Shown: one piece after another, positions 1 to 9,276 of the stretch
How the letters are laid out: each line of letters starts with the position of its first letter
Numbering within the stretch: position 1 is the stretch's first letter
Notes under the pieces: model-generated
Databases searched by the model: none
Told to the model about the DNA's origin: nothing
Seen by the model: the letters and a program-made list of their open reading frames with translations, nothing else
Sequence record: DRR723986_2999
Strand: one strand, 5' to 3'
Length of the DNA: 42,698 nucleotides
Program-made: the position numbers and the translations under genes

Positions 1-555
1 GTCGCCGCCCTGACCCGGAATACGCATCTTCAGACCCTTCAGGTCGTCAGCGGTTTCGATTTCCTTGTTGAACCAGCCGCCCATCTGGACACCGGTGTTG
101 CCCATGGCGAAGTTCTTCAGGCCGAATTCACCAGCCAGCTCATCCCACAGTTCCTGGCCGCCGCCGTACTTGATCCAGGCGTCCATTTCAGCCTGGGTCA
201 GACCGAACGGCACGGCAGTGAATGCTGCCCAGCCCGGATGCTTGCCTTTCCAGTAGTAATCGGCGCCGATATAGGCCTGCGCGTTACCGGAAGCGACTTC
301 GTCGAAGGAGTCAAAGGCACCAACGCGTTCGCCAGCGGCGAAATACTGAACGTTGAGGCGGCCTGCGGTCAGCTCTGCAATACGGGCTGCGAGGCGCTGT
401 GCCGGAATACCGAGACCCGGAAAGTCGCGCGGCCATGTGGACACGATGACCATTTCCTTGGTGCCCTGCGCAATTGCCGGAGCAGCCAGCAAGGATCCAG
501 CGGCAACACCGCCGGCACCAATACCAGCCTTTTTGATAAACGAACGACGATCCAT
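1..555 (-). CDS. TRAP transporter substrate-binding protein (DctP family), Tat-exported; 3' end runs off the window start
   Basis: Not in the ORF track. Manual minus-strand translation from ATG at 555: MDRRSFIKKAGIGAGGVAAGSLLAAPAIAQ (twin-arginine signal)...WPRDFPGLG...GNTGVQMGGWFNKEI...DLKGLKMRIPG. GGAGGA Shine-Dalgarno at 561-566 (minus strand). Confidence 0.92.
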   Translation of the reverse strand, partial: MDRRSFIKKAGIGAGGVAAGSLLAAPAIAQGTKEMVIVSTWPRDFPGLGIPAQRLAARIAELTAGRLNVQYFAAGERVGAFDSFDEVASGNAQAYIGADYYWKGKHPGWAAFTAVPFGLTQAEMDAWIKYGGGQELWDELAGEFGLKNFAMGNTGVQMGGWFNKEIETADDLKGLKMRIPGQGGD

Positions 556-744
556 TAGTTTCCTCCCTAATCGGACCCGATTTCGGACCGGGTACACACT
601 TGCACCGATCTCGAGGTATGTCTAGTTGACCGAGTGTCTGAAGCGCTATTCGTGGTTCTGCGCAGCTTCTCAGTAATACTACCGAGAACCACGCAAGAGA
701 GATAATCGTTTGCCGCATGTTCGCGCAACAAGAGAGCAAAATTC

Positions 745-2106
745 GTGACCTTCAAGACCAAATTGCTGCTCATCACGATCCTGCCATTGATCGCCGTCTC
801 CGTACTCATCGGCGCGGCCACGTACTATCAGTCTCGGGAACTGATCAACACGCAGACTCAGGCAGTGGAACAGCGCATCCTGTCCTCCAAGCGCCAGGAA
901 ATCCGGAACTACGTCAGTCTTGCTCTCACCTCGATCGAGCAGATCTACAAGGAAGAACCGGGAGGTCGCGAAGCAGCGCAGCAAAAGGTCAAGATGATCC
1001 TGCAGCATCTGACCTTCGACTACGACGGCTATTTCTTCGTTTACACGCTCGACGGTACCAACCTGGTCCATCCCAAGCTGCCGCACCTGGTGGGGGGAAA
1101 CTGGTGGCAGCTCCAGGATGACAACGGCGACTACGTCATCCGCAACCTGATCGAGGCGGCCCAGAACGGCGGCGGCTTCCACCAGTATGTCTGGCACAAG
1201 CCCTCGACAGGCACGGTCGAGGAAAAGCTCGGCTACGCAATCCTGCTCGACAAGTGGGGCTGGATGCTTGGCACCGGCCTTTACACCGATGACATCGCCC
1301 GCGAGGTCACCGCGATCCGCACCGACTTTGCCCGCTCCATCCGCCAGACACTGTTCGTCACCTTCATGATTACGCTTGCGGCCATCGTCATTGCGGGTTT
1401 CCTCATCGCCGGTGTGCGGTTCTCCGAACAGCGCTTTGCGGACACCAAGCTGAAGGAACTGACCAACAGGATCTTCCAGGTGCAGGAACAGGAGCGCAAA
1501 CGCGTTTCCACCGAACTGCATGACAGTATCTCCCAACTTCTGGTGTCCGTGCGCTATGGCGTTGAAATGATCCACAGCGAGGCCAACCGGGATCCGGATC
1601 TTCAGGTGCAGGCAGCCAAATGCCTCAAGACACTGGATGGAACCATTGCCGAGGTCCGGCGGATATCGCGAGATCTCAGACCCAGTGTCCTTGATGACAT
1701 GGGCCTTGCGGCGGCGCTCGGCAGTCTCGGCAAGGAGTTCCAGAACCAGTCGGGCATCACCGTCAACGTTCAGGCGGAGCAATGCCACGCCCGCTTGTCG
1801 GAAGGCGCCAAGACCGCCCTCTACCGTGTGGTTCAGGAATGCATGACCAATGTTGCGCGCCATTCCCACGCCAGCGAAGTCGCGATTTCCCTCAAGGTCG
1901 GCATGCAACAGCTTGTGCTCTCGGTAGAAGACAACGGCGTCGGCCTCCCCCGCCCGCTGCCGAAATCCGGCGGCCTCGGCTTCCGCAACATGCGCGAGCG
2001 GATCGAAACCTACGGCGGCCGGTTAACCCTGAGCAGACGTGCTTCCGGCGGAACCCGTATTAAAGTCCAGATGCCGCTCGACAATGCGGCGGCAAAAGCG
2101 GCATGA
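745..2106 (+). CDS. Cache-domain sensor histidine kinase (HisKA_3/NarX-like)
   Basis: Two TM helices flank a single Cache domain (GYFFVY...GTNLVHP...WGWMLGTGLY). H-box ERKRVSTELHDSISQLL, N-box QECMTNVARHS, G-boxes DNGVG and GLGFRNMRER. Confidence 0.92.
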   Translation: MTFKTKLLLITILPLIAVSVLIGAATYYQSRELINTQTQAVEQRILSSKRQEIRNYVSLALTSIEQIYKEEPGGREAAQQKVKMILQHLTFDYDGYFFVYTLDGTNLVHPKLPHLVGGNWWQLQDDNGDYVIRNLIEAAQNGGGFHQYVWHKPSTGTVEEKLGYAILLDKWGWMLGTGLYTDDIAREVTAIRTDFARSIRQTLFVTFMITLAAIVIAGFLIAGVRFSEQRFADTKLKELTNRIFQVQEQERKRVSTELHDSISQLLVSVRYGVEMIHSEANRDPDLQVQAAKCLKTLDGTIAEVRRISRDLRPSVLDDMGLAAALGSLGKEFQNQSGITVNVQAEQCHARLSEGAKTALYRVVQECMTNVARHSHASEVAISLKVGMQQLVLSVEDNGVGLPRPLPKSGGLGFRNMRERIETYGGRLTLSRRASGGTRIKVQMPLDNAAAKAA

Positions 2107-2113
2107 TGCAAAG

Positions 2114-2782
2114 ATGACAGTGCATTCACCTTCACCCCGGTCATTTACCAGGCCCATCCGCGTTCTTCTGGCAGACGACCATGAGCTGGTTCGGGACGGT
2201 ATCCGGGCCCGACTGCAAAAGGTGGCCGACCTGGAAGTGGTCGGTGAAGCGACAAACGGCCGCGATGCTCTGACACTCGCCCGAGACCTGCGCCCCGACG
2301 TTCTTCTGATGGATGTCTCCATGCCGGTCATGAACGGGCTGGAAGCGGCGACCCAGATGCGCAAGACGCTGCCTGAAATCGCTGTACTGATCCTGTCGGT
2401 CTACGACAACCCGGAGTATGTGCGCGGCGTCGTCCAGGCAGGTGCCCGCGGCTACATCCTGAAGGATATCTCCGCAGCCGAGATGATTACTGCGATCACC
2501 AGTGTTGCCAATGGGGGATACTATTTCTCCTCCGCGGTCGGCCCGACGCTGGTTGGTGCCGGCACATCCGCACCGGTGGAAGACCCATACGGGCTGACCG
2601 ATCGGGAGCGCCAGGTGCTGACAGCCATTGCCAAAGGCCAGCCCAACAAGGAAGTCGCCAAGGAACTGGGCATCAGCGTACGCACTGTCGAATCCCACCG
2701 CCTGAACCTGCGGGAAAAGGTCGGCAACAAGAATGCCGCTCAGCTCTACAAGGTCGCGCAGGATCTGGGATTGCTGGACTGA
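2114..2782 (+). CDS. NarL/FixJ-family response regulator (receiver + LuxR HTH)
   Basis: LADDH, LMDVSMP (phospho-Asp), GYILKD, C-terminal LTDRERQVL...NKEVA..LGISVRTVESHR. ATG at 2114 lies just after the kinase stop. Confidence 0.93.
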   Translation: MTVHSPSPRSFTRPIRVLLADDHELVRDGIRARLQKVADLEVVGEATNGRDALTLARDLRPDVLLMDVSMPVMNGLEAATQMRKTLPEIAVLILSVYDNPEYVRGVVQAGARGYILKDISAAEMITAITSVANGGYYFSSAVGPTLVGAGTSAPVEDPYGLTDRERQVLTAIAKGQPNKEVAKELGISVRTVESHRLNLREKVGNKNAAQLYKVAQDLGLLD

Positions 2783-2864
2783 TCCGGCTCGGCTAAATCT
2801 GCTTGGGTCCACACCCTGGCCATACACTTTCGGAGACATGGGTCTCCCATCTGACAGGCATGAA

Positions 2865-3623
2865 ATGACCAAACCACTTGTCCTGGTAACCGCCGATGTG
2901 AAAACCATCGAGGGCTACAACTGGCACGCCGCGACCTCAACCTATCTGCAGGCCGTGCTGAAAGGCTCCGATGCCATCCCGATGATCCTGCCGTCCCTCG
3001 GGGCAGATCTGGATCTGGATGCGGCTCTGGACCAGGTCGACGGCGTTTTGGCGACCGGTTCCCGGTCCAACGTCAATCCGGAACTTTATGGCGAAGTACC
3101 GACGGAAGAGAACGGTCCATACGATCCGTCCCGCGATTCCACGACACTGCCGCTGCTCAAGCGCGCCGTCGAACGCGGCATTCCCGTCTTTGCCATCTGC
3201 CGCGGCATGCAGGAATTGAATGTTGCCCTTGGCGGTACGCTGCTGACCGAGATCCAGTCCCTTGAAGGTCGCGCCGATCACCGCGCGCCGACATCGGAAC
3301 GGCAGGACGAACGTTTCCGGATTGCCCATCCGGTGGAAGTCGCCGAAGGCAGCTGTCTGGCAACGGTTGTCGGCAGCGAGCCTTTCGAGGTGAATTCGCT
3401 CCACCGCCAGGCTGTCGGCAGGCTGGGCAATGGCATGATCACGGAAGCGGAAGCCGAAGACGGGACCATCGAAGCGGCCTCCGTCAAGGATAGTGCCGGC
3501 TACGTCCTCGCGACACAGTGGCACCCGGAATACTGGGTGTCGACGGACGGCCCGTCGAAGAAGCTGTTTGCCGCTTTCGGTGATGCCGTCCGGGCCTATC
3601 GCGTCAAACGCCTGGGTTTGTAA
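2865..3623 (+). CDS. Gamma-glutamyl-gamma-aminobutyrate hydrolase family (peptidase C26, PuuD-like)
   Basis: Class I glutamine amidotransferase motifs AICRGMQELNV, VNSLHRQ and QWHPE. Alternative start at 2838. Confidence 0.9.
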   Translation: MTKPLVLVTADVKTIEGYNWHAATSTYLQAVLKGSDAIPMILPSLGADLDLDAALDQVDGVLATGSRSNVNPELYGEVPTEENGPYDPSRDSTTLPLLKRAVERGIPVFAICRGMQELNVALGGTLLTEIQSLEGRADHRAPTSERQDERFRIAHPVEVAEGSCLATVVGSEPFEVNSLHRQAVGRLGNGMITEAEAEDGTIEAASVKDSAGYVLATQWHPEYWVSTDGPSKKLFAAFGDAVRAYRVKRLGL

Positions 3624-5555
3624 TCAGCCCCAGCCGAGCGTTGCGATCAGCAACGTGAGACCCAGCAGGAAGACGATGGCTGCCCCGACGATTTCGATCG
3701 TCCGGTGAACCTTTACCGCCATCGGACTGCCTTCGCCGAAAAGCCGCACGGCAAGTTCCTTGGCCCCGACTGCCATGCCTGCAAGCAGCGAGACGGTTAT
3801 GCCGGTGCCAACCGCCATCGCCAGGGTGGAAGCGATGCCGGCTGCGATCATGCCTTGCGAAAGAGCAAAGACCAGCACCACCAGCGCACCGGTACAGGGT
3901 CGAAGACCAACTGCAAAAATGATCGACACGGCCCGGGCAAGGGTGATCTTGCCCTGAAGCATGTCCGGCGTCGGGGCATGGGCATGACCGCATGTGGTGC
4001 ACACGCCATCTGCACCGATCTCGTGATGATGATGGTCATGGTGGTGATGATCGTGACCATGATGATGGTGGCCATCGTGACCGTGGCCATGACCGTGATG
4101 ACCGGCCGCCGAAGCGCCCGCGAGCGCGAGTTGCGAGCCTGACAGACGGGACGCCACATTCATGGCCAGCGGACGAAGGGCTTTCTGCCACAACAGCCAG
4201 CCGCCCAGACCGGTGATCAGCACATAGGATCCGATCTCGAACCACCGCGCCGTATCCTGTATCGCGATGCTGGTGAGATTGAAAACGACGGCCAGACCTC
4301 CAACCAGAAGGATCGCGGTCACCGCCTGTGCGAACGCCGAGGCAAAGGAGAGATAAATACCCTTGCGAAGGGTCTCGTTGTTGGCAACCACATAGGACGT
4401 GATGATGGCCTTGCCATGCCCAGGCCCTGCGGCATGAAAAATGCCATACGCGAAGGAAAGCCCCATCAGCAGCCAGGCCGCATGCGGATTGTTGCGGAAG
4501 GCCCTGAGACTGGCGACCAGCGCCTGGTAGAATTCCTTCTGCTTGACTGCAATTGTCCCGAAAACCGTATCGAGGAAACCCGCCTTCGGCGCGGCAACCG
4601 CTTCTTCTGAGGCCTTCGCCGTATCGAGTGCAGCCGTAATTGCGGCGGCAGCATCGGCGGGCGAGCTGGCAGCAGTGTCCGTGGACGTGGAAGCGGACGT
4701 GGTTTCGGGCGTTGCGGCTTCCGAAGTTCCGGACGAGGAGCTCGCGGCGGCCATTGCATCACCACAGGCAACCAGCATCTGATTGACCTGCGAGGCGGCA
4801 GCGGACTGAAGCTCGGGCGGCAGGTCACGCTGGTCTGCACCGATCTGTGCAAGCGCATAGGCTTCGGCATCATCCAGCGGCGGCGGTTCCTTGCGGCTCA
4901 CACGGCAAGTGCCCGATGCGTTTTCCGTTCCCAGCGCATCGTCCCCCGCACCAAAGCGGAAATCGACGTAATAGGTCGGATCGTAAACGTCGAGCGTGAT
5001 CAGGCTCTCGGTATCGCTGGGCTGTTTGAACGGCAACGTGAAATGCAGTTCCAGCAGGTTCACATCCTCCGGCATGGAGCCGCCATTCATGCGGACATCT
5101 TCCTCCATGGCATCAAAGTCCTCGGGCTTCATCACCCAGTAGTCCTTGAGGGGAACCTTGACCACTTCCAGCCAGTAATCCGTCGGGTCATCGAAATCGA
5201 ATTCGACCCGGCTATTGTCACCGAACGTGAAATAGCCGTAATCGGCCATGCTTTCCACGTTGACCTTCGCCAGTTCACTCAGCTCTTCACGGGAATAGTG
5301 ACCGTCGCCATCCTTGTCGAAACCCTGGATGGCGAAAGCGGAAAACGCATCATCGAAACGAAACACGTGCTGAAGCGCAATCGCCTGTCCAGCATCGTCG
5401 AAAACCAGCTTGCTTCGTGCCTCGACAAAGACATGCGGGTGCGCACTGGCTCCGGCAAGAGCAGCCAACAGAAGACCCAAACCCAACAGGAAACGGCGAG
5501 AGGCCGCAGGAAGAACCTTGGCTCGAAAGGTGGAAAGCAAGCGCAACGGGATCAC
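3624..5555 (-). CDS. Fusion of DUF1007 periplasmic metal-binding domain and NiCoT/RcnA-type His-rich membrane transporter (ZevA-ZevB-like)
   Basis: Signal peptide then HPHVF and YDPTYY (DUF1007), an Ala/Ser/Thr linker, then YGIFHAAGPGHGK, a His-rich loop, CGHAH and GLRPCTGA (NicO family). The start is uncertain: GTG 5555 or slightly downstream. Confidence 0.85.
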   Translation of the reverse strand: MIPLRLLSTFRAKVLPAASRRFLLGLGLLLAALAGASAHPHVFVEARSKLVFDDAGQAIALQHVFRFDDAFSAFAIQGFDKDGDGHYSREELSELAKVNVESMADYGYFTFGDNSRVEFDFDDPTDYWLEVVKVPLKDYWVMKPEDFDAMEEDVRMNGGSMPEDVNLLELHFTLPFKQPSDTESLITLDVYDPTYYVDFRFGAGDDALGTENASGTCRVSRKEPPPLDDAEAYALAQIGADQRDLPPELQSAAASQVNQMLVACGDAMAAASSSSGTSEAATPETTSASTSTDTAASSPADAAAAITAALDTAKASEEAVAAPKAGFLDTVFGTIAVKQKEFYQALVASLRAFRNNPHAAWLLMGLSFAYGIFHAAGPGHGKAIITSYVVANNETLRKGIYLSFASAFAQAVTAILLVGGLAVVFNLTSIAIQDTARWFEIGSYVLITGLGGWLLWQKALRPLAMNVASRLSGSQLALAGASAAGHHGHGHGHDGHHHHGHDHHHHDHHHHEIGADGVCTTCGHAHAPTPDMLQGKITLARAVSIIFAVGLRPCTGALVVLVFALSQGMIAAGIASTLAMAVGTGITVSLLAGMAVGAKELAVRLFGEGSPMAVKVHRTIEIVGAAIVFLLGLTLLIATLGWG

Positions 5556-5566
5556 CCACTGATCAG

Positions 5567-5583
5567 ATGTAATATGTTTACAT
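5567..5583. promoter_or_regulatory. Putative Zur box
   Basis: Palindrome ATGTAA-N5-TTACAT; core TGTAAT-ATG-TTTACA resembles the Zur consensus TGTTAT-N3-ATAACA. It sits directly upstream of the metal transporter fusion. Confidence 0.6.
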
Positions 5584-5795
5584 GACACGCAGTGCGTTGT
5601 TTGACCAGAGAAGACGGCAGGAAGATGACCGCGACAATTTCGCGGCGCAAAACGCCCAAGGAACAATTTTCGCACTTGGTGATCAAATAAGGAATGTTTC
5701 AACTCATCCGACGACCAAAATTAGGAGAAAAAAGACAATATTCCCGGGATGCAGCCTAAAATATTCACAACAATAACCACTGCACCGAGCCAGCC

Positions 5796-6869
5796 ATGAA
5801 CGCCTTGCATAAATCAGTTCACCACAGTGCCGTTTTCGATCATCCGGAGATGGGCGATCACGAAGACATCGTTTTCGTCCAGGACAAGGCCACCGGCCTG
5901 AAGGCAATCATTGCCGTCCACGACACCACGCTCGGCCCGGCACTTGGCGGCTGCCGCGTCTGGCCTTACGAGAACCCGGCGGATGCGCTGACGGATGCCC
6001 TGCGCCTGTCCCGTGGCATGACCTACAAGAACTCTCTGGCAGGCCTTGATCTCGGCGGCGGCAAGGCCGTCATCATTGCCGACCCCCGCAAGGACAAGTC
6101 CGAAGCCCTGATGGAAGCGTTCGGCCGCCATGTGGAGCGCCTGTCCGGCACCTACATCACCGCAGAAGACGTCGGCGTATCGCCAGACGATATGGAAGCC
6201 GTTGCCCGCCAGACCGCCCATGTGCGCGGCACCAAGGCAACCGGCCTCGGCGACCCGTCGCCCTATACGGCTCTCGGTGTCTTCGAAGGTATCAAGGCGT
6301 CCGCAAAATTTGTCTATGGCAGCAGCGACCTTTCCGGAAAGACTGTCTCCGTTCAGGGGCTGGGCCACGTGGGACATGACGTTGTCCGCCAGCTTCACGA
6401 AGCCGGTGCAAGGCTCATTGTTTCCGACATTCATGCACCGGCTGTGCTGCGTGCCATCGATGCGTTCGGAGCCACAGCGGTTGATCCGGCCGAAGCTCAT
6501 ATGGTGGAGGCGGATATCTTCGTTCCCTGCGCTCTCGGGGCAGGCCTCAATGCTCGCACCGTTCCGCAAATCCAGGCGAAGATCGTTGCAGGGGCCGCCA
6601 ACAACCAGCTGCAGACGCCGGCGGACGGCGAAGCCCTGAAGAAACGCGGCATCCTCTACGCTCCCGACTACGCGATCAATGCCGGCGGCGTGATCTCCAT
6701 TGCCCTGGCAACAGCGGACAGCGGCGACAAGCTCGTGCGTGAAAAGACGATCGCCATCGGCGAAACGCTGGCAACGATTTTCGAGCGGGCCGCCCGCGAA
6801 GGCAGCACCCCGGAACGCGTGGCCGACACAATGGCGGAAGAGCGTCTGGCAAAAGCGAAATCGGCCTGA
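5796..6869 (+). CDS. Glu/Leu/Phe/Val dehydrogenase (leucine dehydrogenase-like)
   Basis: GPALGGCR, LSRGMTYKN, LGGGKAV, TAEDVG, Rossmann VQGLGHVG, GAANNQL, NAGG. Confidence 0.93.
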   Translation: MNALHKSVHHSAVFDHPEMGDHEDIVFVQDKATGLKAIIAVHDTTLGPALGGCRVWPYENPADALTDALRLSRGMTYKNSLAGLDLGGGKAVIIADPRKDKSEALMEAFGRHVERLSGTYITAEDVGVSPDDMEAVARQTAHVRGTKATGLGDPSPYTALGVFEGIKASAKFVYGSSDLSGKTVSVQGLGHVGHDVVRQLHEAGARLIVSDIHAPAVLRAIDAFGATAVDPAEAHMVEADIFVPCALGAGLNARTVPQIQAKIVAGAANNQLQTPADGEALKKRGILYAPDYAINAGGVISIALATADSGDKLVREKTIAIGETLATIFERAAREGSTPERVADTMAEERLAKAKSA

Positions 6870-6895
6870 TTAAAGAGCTTTCACGTCAAACGGAA

Positions 6896-6922
6896 GCGGC
6901 GGCCTTGAGCTGCCGTTTTTTT
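6896..6922 (+). terminator. Rho-independent terminator
   Basis: GCGGCGGC-cttga-GCTGCCGT stem followed by a T7 run, just after the dehydrogenase stop. Confidence 0.75.
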
Positions 6923-7005
6923 GCTTTGCCTGTTTCCGGTTGTCGAGCCTGCATACGGTCGGCAGAAGAAAGCACTGCAACAGTGCGCCTGATTTAATGC
7001 TCAGG

Positions 7006-7545
7006 TCAGGAAAGCTGGCTTTCGTTGGCTGCCTTGAACATCTGTCTCACGAGGTTCTTCGCGTCCTCAACGGCTCTTTCCCCCATTTCCGCATAACAGG
7101 CGGTGACACCTTCATGCAGGAGGTAAAGACGCGAGGCGAAGCTTTCCTGCCCGCTCAATTCGCCGAAGAAACGCAGAAGCTCGCCTTTGTGGCGCTTGAC
7201 CATCGCCGCTATTTCGGTGCTGCCGGGATTTGCTGCAAGCGCCTGGCGAAACAGGCACTCCTTGCCCGCCGTCATGCGCATCCAGCCACCCAGCTTGTCA
7301 AAAAGCTGAACGGCGGCCTCAAGCCCTGGCGACGTCACGCCTTCGCGAACATAGGAGAGATAGCGCCGATGCCGGTATTCAAGGGCGCCCAGAACCATCG
7401 CTTCGCGTGAGGGAAAATGACGGTAAAGCGTGCGCATGCTGACACCCGCACCGGCCCTGAGCTCGGGAACGCTCGGCTCGGCAAACCCCCGGCTCCAGAA
7501 AACCTCTTCCAGACGAGCTGCAATATGTTCCTGCGCGTTTTCCAT
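7006..7545 (-). CDS. TetR/AcrR family transcriptional regulator
   Basis: N-terminal HTH FWSRGF..PSVPELRAGAGVSMRTLYRHFPSRE and GKECLF motif. Likely start MENAQ at 7545. Confidence 0.88.
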   Translation of the reverse strand: MENAQEHIAARLEEVFWSRGFAEPSVPELRAGAGVSMRTLYRHFPSREAMVLGALEYRHRRYLSYVREGVTSPGLEAAVQLFDKLGGWMRMTAGKECLFRQALAANPGSTEIAAMVKRHKGELLRFFGELSGQESFASRLYLLHEGVTACYAEMGERAVEDAKNLVRQMFKAANESQLS

Positions 7546-7741
7546 GAGTAAACCTTGGGATTTATACATCGGTTTTTCAAGGAAAACCTTCATCGAAACT
7601 TATTGTAAGTAATTTCCCTTAAATAACCTTAGATAGAAATTTCCAGATTACAGTTACACAAACAAGAAAAACGAACCGGAGAATAAACTCCGGAAATGTA
7701 TTCTCAAAGGAATGAGAAATAGCTGAACCAGCTAAAAAAAA

Positions 7742-8641
7742 TCAGCAGTCATTTTGACCTGACGAATACCACTCGACCAGAAAATCAACAAAGGCGCGCA
7801 CCTTGGCACTCAGGTGCCGGCGATGCGGATAAACTGCATGAATACCGCGCATCGGCTCTTCAAAGTCCTCCAGCAGCGTGACCAGTTTGCCGTCGCGAAT
7901 ATCTTTGGACACAAAAAACAGGGGAGTTCGAAGAAAACCGAGGTTGCATAACGCCGCTTCGCGCGCCGCGGCAGCGCTGTTGACTTCCAGCGGGCCCTTC
8001 ACAGCCACCGACGAACGTTCTCCATTCGTGTAGAAGGCCCAGTTCTGCTTGTAGCGGTAGTTCGTATCGATGATGCAAGGCCGTGTGGAAAGATCGGCGG
8101 GCACATTCGGCGCCCCATAGGTCTCGATCGTTTCAGGCGTGGCACACACCACGGTGCGAAAGGGAGCAATCTTGCGGGCGATCAGGCTGGAATCTTCCAG
8201 CTGGGTGACACGGACCGCAAGATCGAAACCCTCTTCCACGAGATCGACGAAGCGGTCTTCCAGCCTGAGGTCCAGATTGATTTCCGGATACTTCACCAGA
8301 AAATGCATCATGGCCTGGTTCAGCAGGTCGTCGCCCATCGAACGGGGAGCCGAAACACGCAAACGCCCACGGACTTCCTGGTGCGAGGACTGAACCGAGG
8401 CTTGCAGATCATCGATCCGCTGCAGGATTTCGGCGGCTTCCTTGTAATAGGCTTCGCCGACTTCGGTGAGCGACACCTGACGGGTGGTCCGGTTCAACAG
8501 GCGCACACCAAGTTCGTCTTCCAGCTCGCCGACATATTTCGAGACCAGCGCCTTGGACCGCCCCATTTCACGGGCCGCTGCGGAAAATCCGTTTGAATCG
8601 ACAACTTGAATGAAGCAGCGCATCCGCGTGATTGCGTCCAT
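7742..8641 (-). CDS. LysR family regulator (CrgA/DmlR-like)
   Basis: FSAAAREMG...LEDELGVRLLNRTTR, DLVEEGFDLAVR, SAKVRAFVDFL. Confidence 0.94.
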   Translation of the reverse strand: MDAITRMRCFIQVVDSNGFSAAAREMGRSKALVSKYVGELEDELGVRLLNRTTRQVSLTEVGEAYYKEAAEILQRIDDLQASVQSSHQEVRGRLRVSAPRSMGDDLLNQAMMHFLVKYPEINLDLRLEDRFVDLVEEGFDLAVRVTQLEDSSLIARKIAPFRTVVCATPETIETYGAPNVPADLSTRPCIIDTNYRYKQNWAFYTNGERSSVAVKGPLEVNSAAAAREAALCNLGFLRTPLFFVSKDIRDGKLVTLLEDFEEPMRGIHAVYPHRRHLSAKVRAFVDFLVEWYSSGQNDC

Positions 8642-8739
8642 CCGGCATCCTTCCCGTTGGGGCCATTCCAGAAACCCTGCTTATCGTATTTTCCGGCGGC
8701 CGGTCAAAGGCTTCGCCAAAGACCGGCCTTGCGGGGCGT

Positions 8740-9240
8740 TTAGTGCCGGGCAGGTCTGGTGCGGCGCCCAAGGCGCGCTGCGCCGATCAGCAGGCGCATG
8801 ACAAGGAGCCCGCCAAGCGCACCGACACCTGCACTGGCAAAGCCGGCCGGCGTAACCGGAACGGCTGGCTCGTAGTCTTCGGCCGTTGCCTGCGCCAGGG
8901 TTGGGTCGAAGCCGCGCGCAAAGATGATCATGCGATCCAGCGGCCCGGCCGTTTCAAGCTCTTCCCGCTGCAGTTTCAGCCTGCTCAAGCGGATTTCGGC
9001 GTTCAGCATGCTGTCGCCGCGTGCTCTGATAAAGGGATCTTCGGAGGATTTCTGACGCGCTATGGCTTCTGCTGACGTCAGCCCGTAACGAGCGGCGTCA
9101 CGATTGAAATCGGCCAGAATTTCCTCCAGAGCGTCGATGGCCCCACCAAGTCGCTGGCGATATTGCTGCGTGAACTCCGGCAACTGGGACGTCGCGGTTC
9201 CACTCAGCAACATGACAATCAGCATCATGATACGTGCCAT
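8740..9240 (-). CDS. DUF2937-family membrane protein
   Basis: SQLPEFTQQYRQRLGGAIDAL motif, N- and C-terminal hydrophobic segments, YEPAVPVT. Confidence 0.75.
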   Translation of the reverse strand: MARIMMLIVMLLSGTATSQLPEFTQQYRQRLGGAIDALEEILADFNRDAARYGLTSAEAIARQKSSEDPFIRARGDSMLNAEIRLSRLKLQREELETAGPLDRMIIFARGFDPTLAQATAEDYEPAVPVTPAGFASAGVGALGGLLVMRLLIGAARLGRRTRPARH

Positions 9241-9276
9241 CTCGTGTCAGGATCTCCCTTTCCAGGTTACGGCCCG

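Noticed and set aside
4020-4101. Trinucleotide-like (GAT/GGT) repeats here and at about 10575-10690
   Set aside because: These are His-rich coding tracts of the metal transporter and COG0523, not CRISPR arrays or VNTRs.
5556-5702. N-terminal 49-aa extension of the transporter fusion given in the ORF track
   Set aside because: It looks non-coding, contains the Zur-like operator, and would bury the signal peptide.
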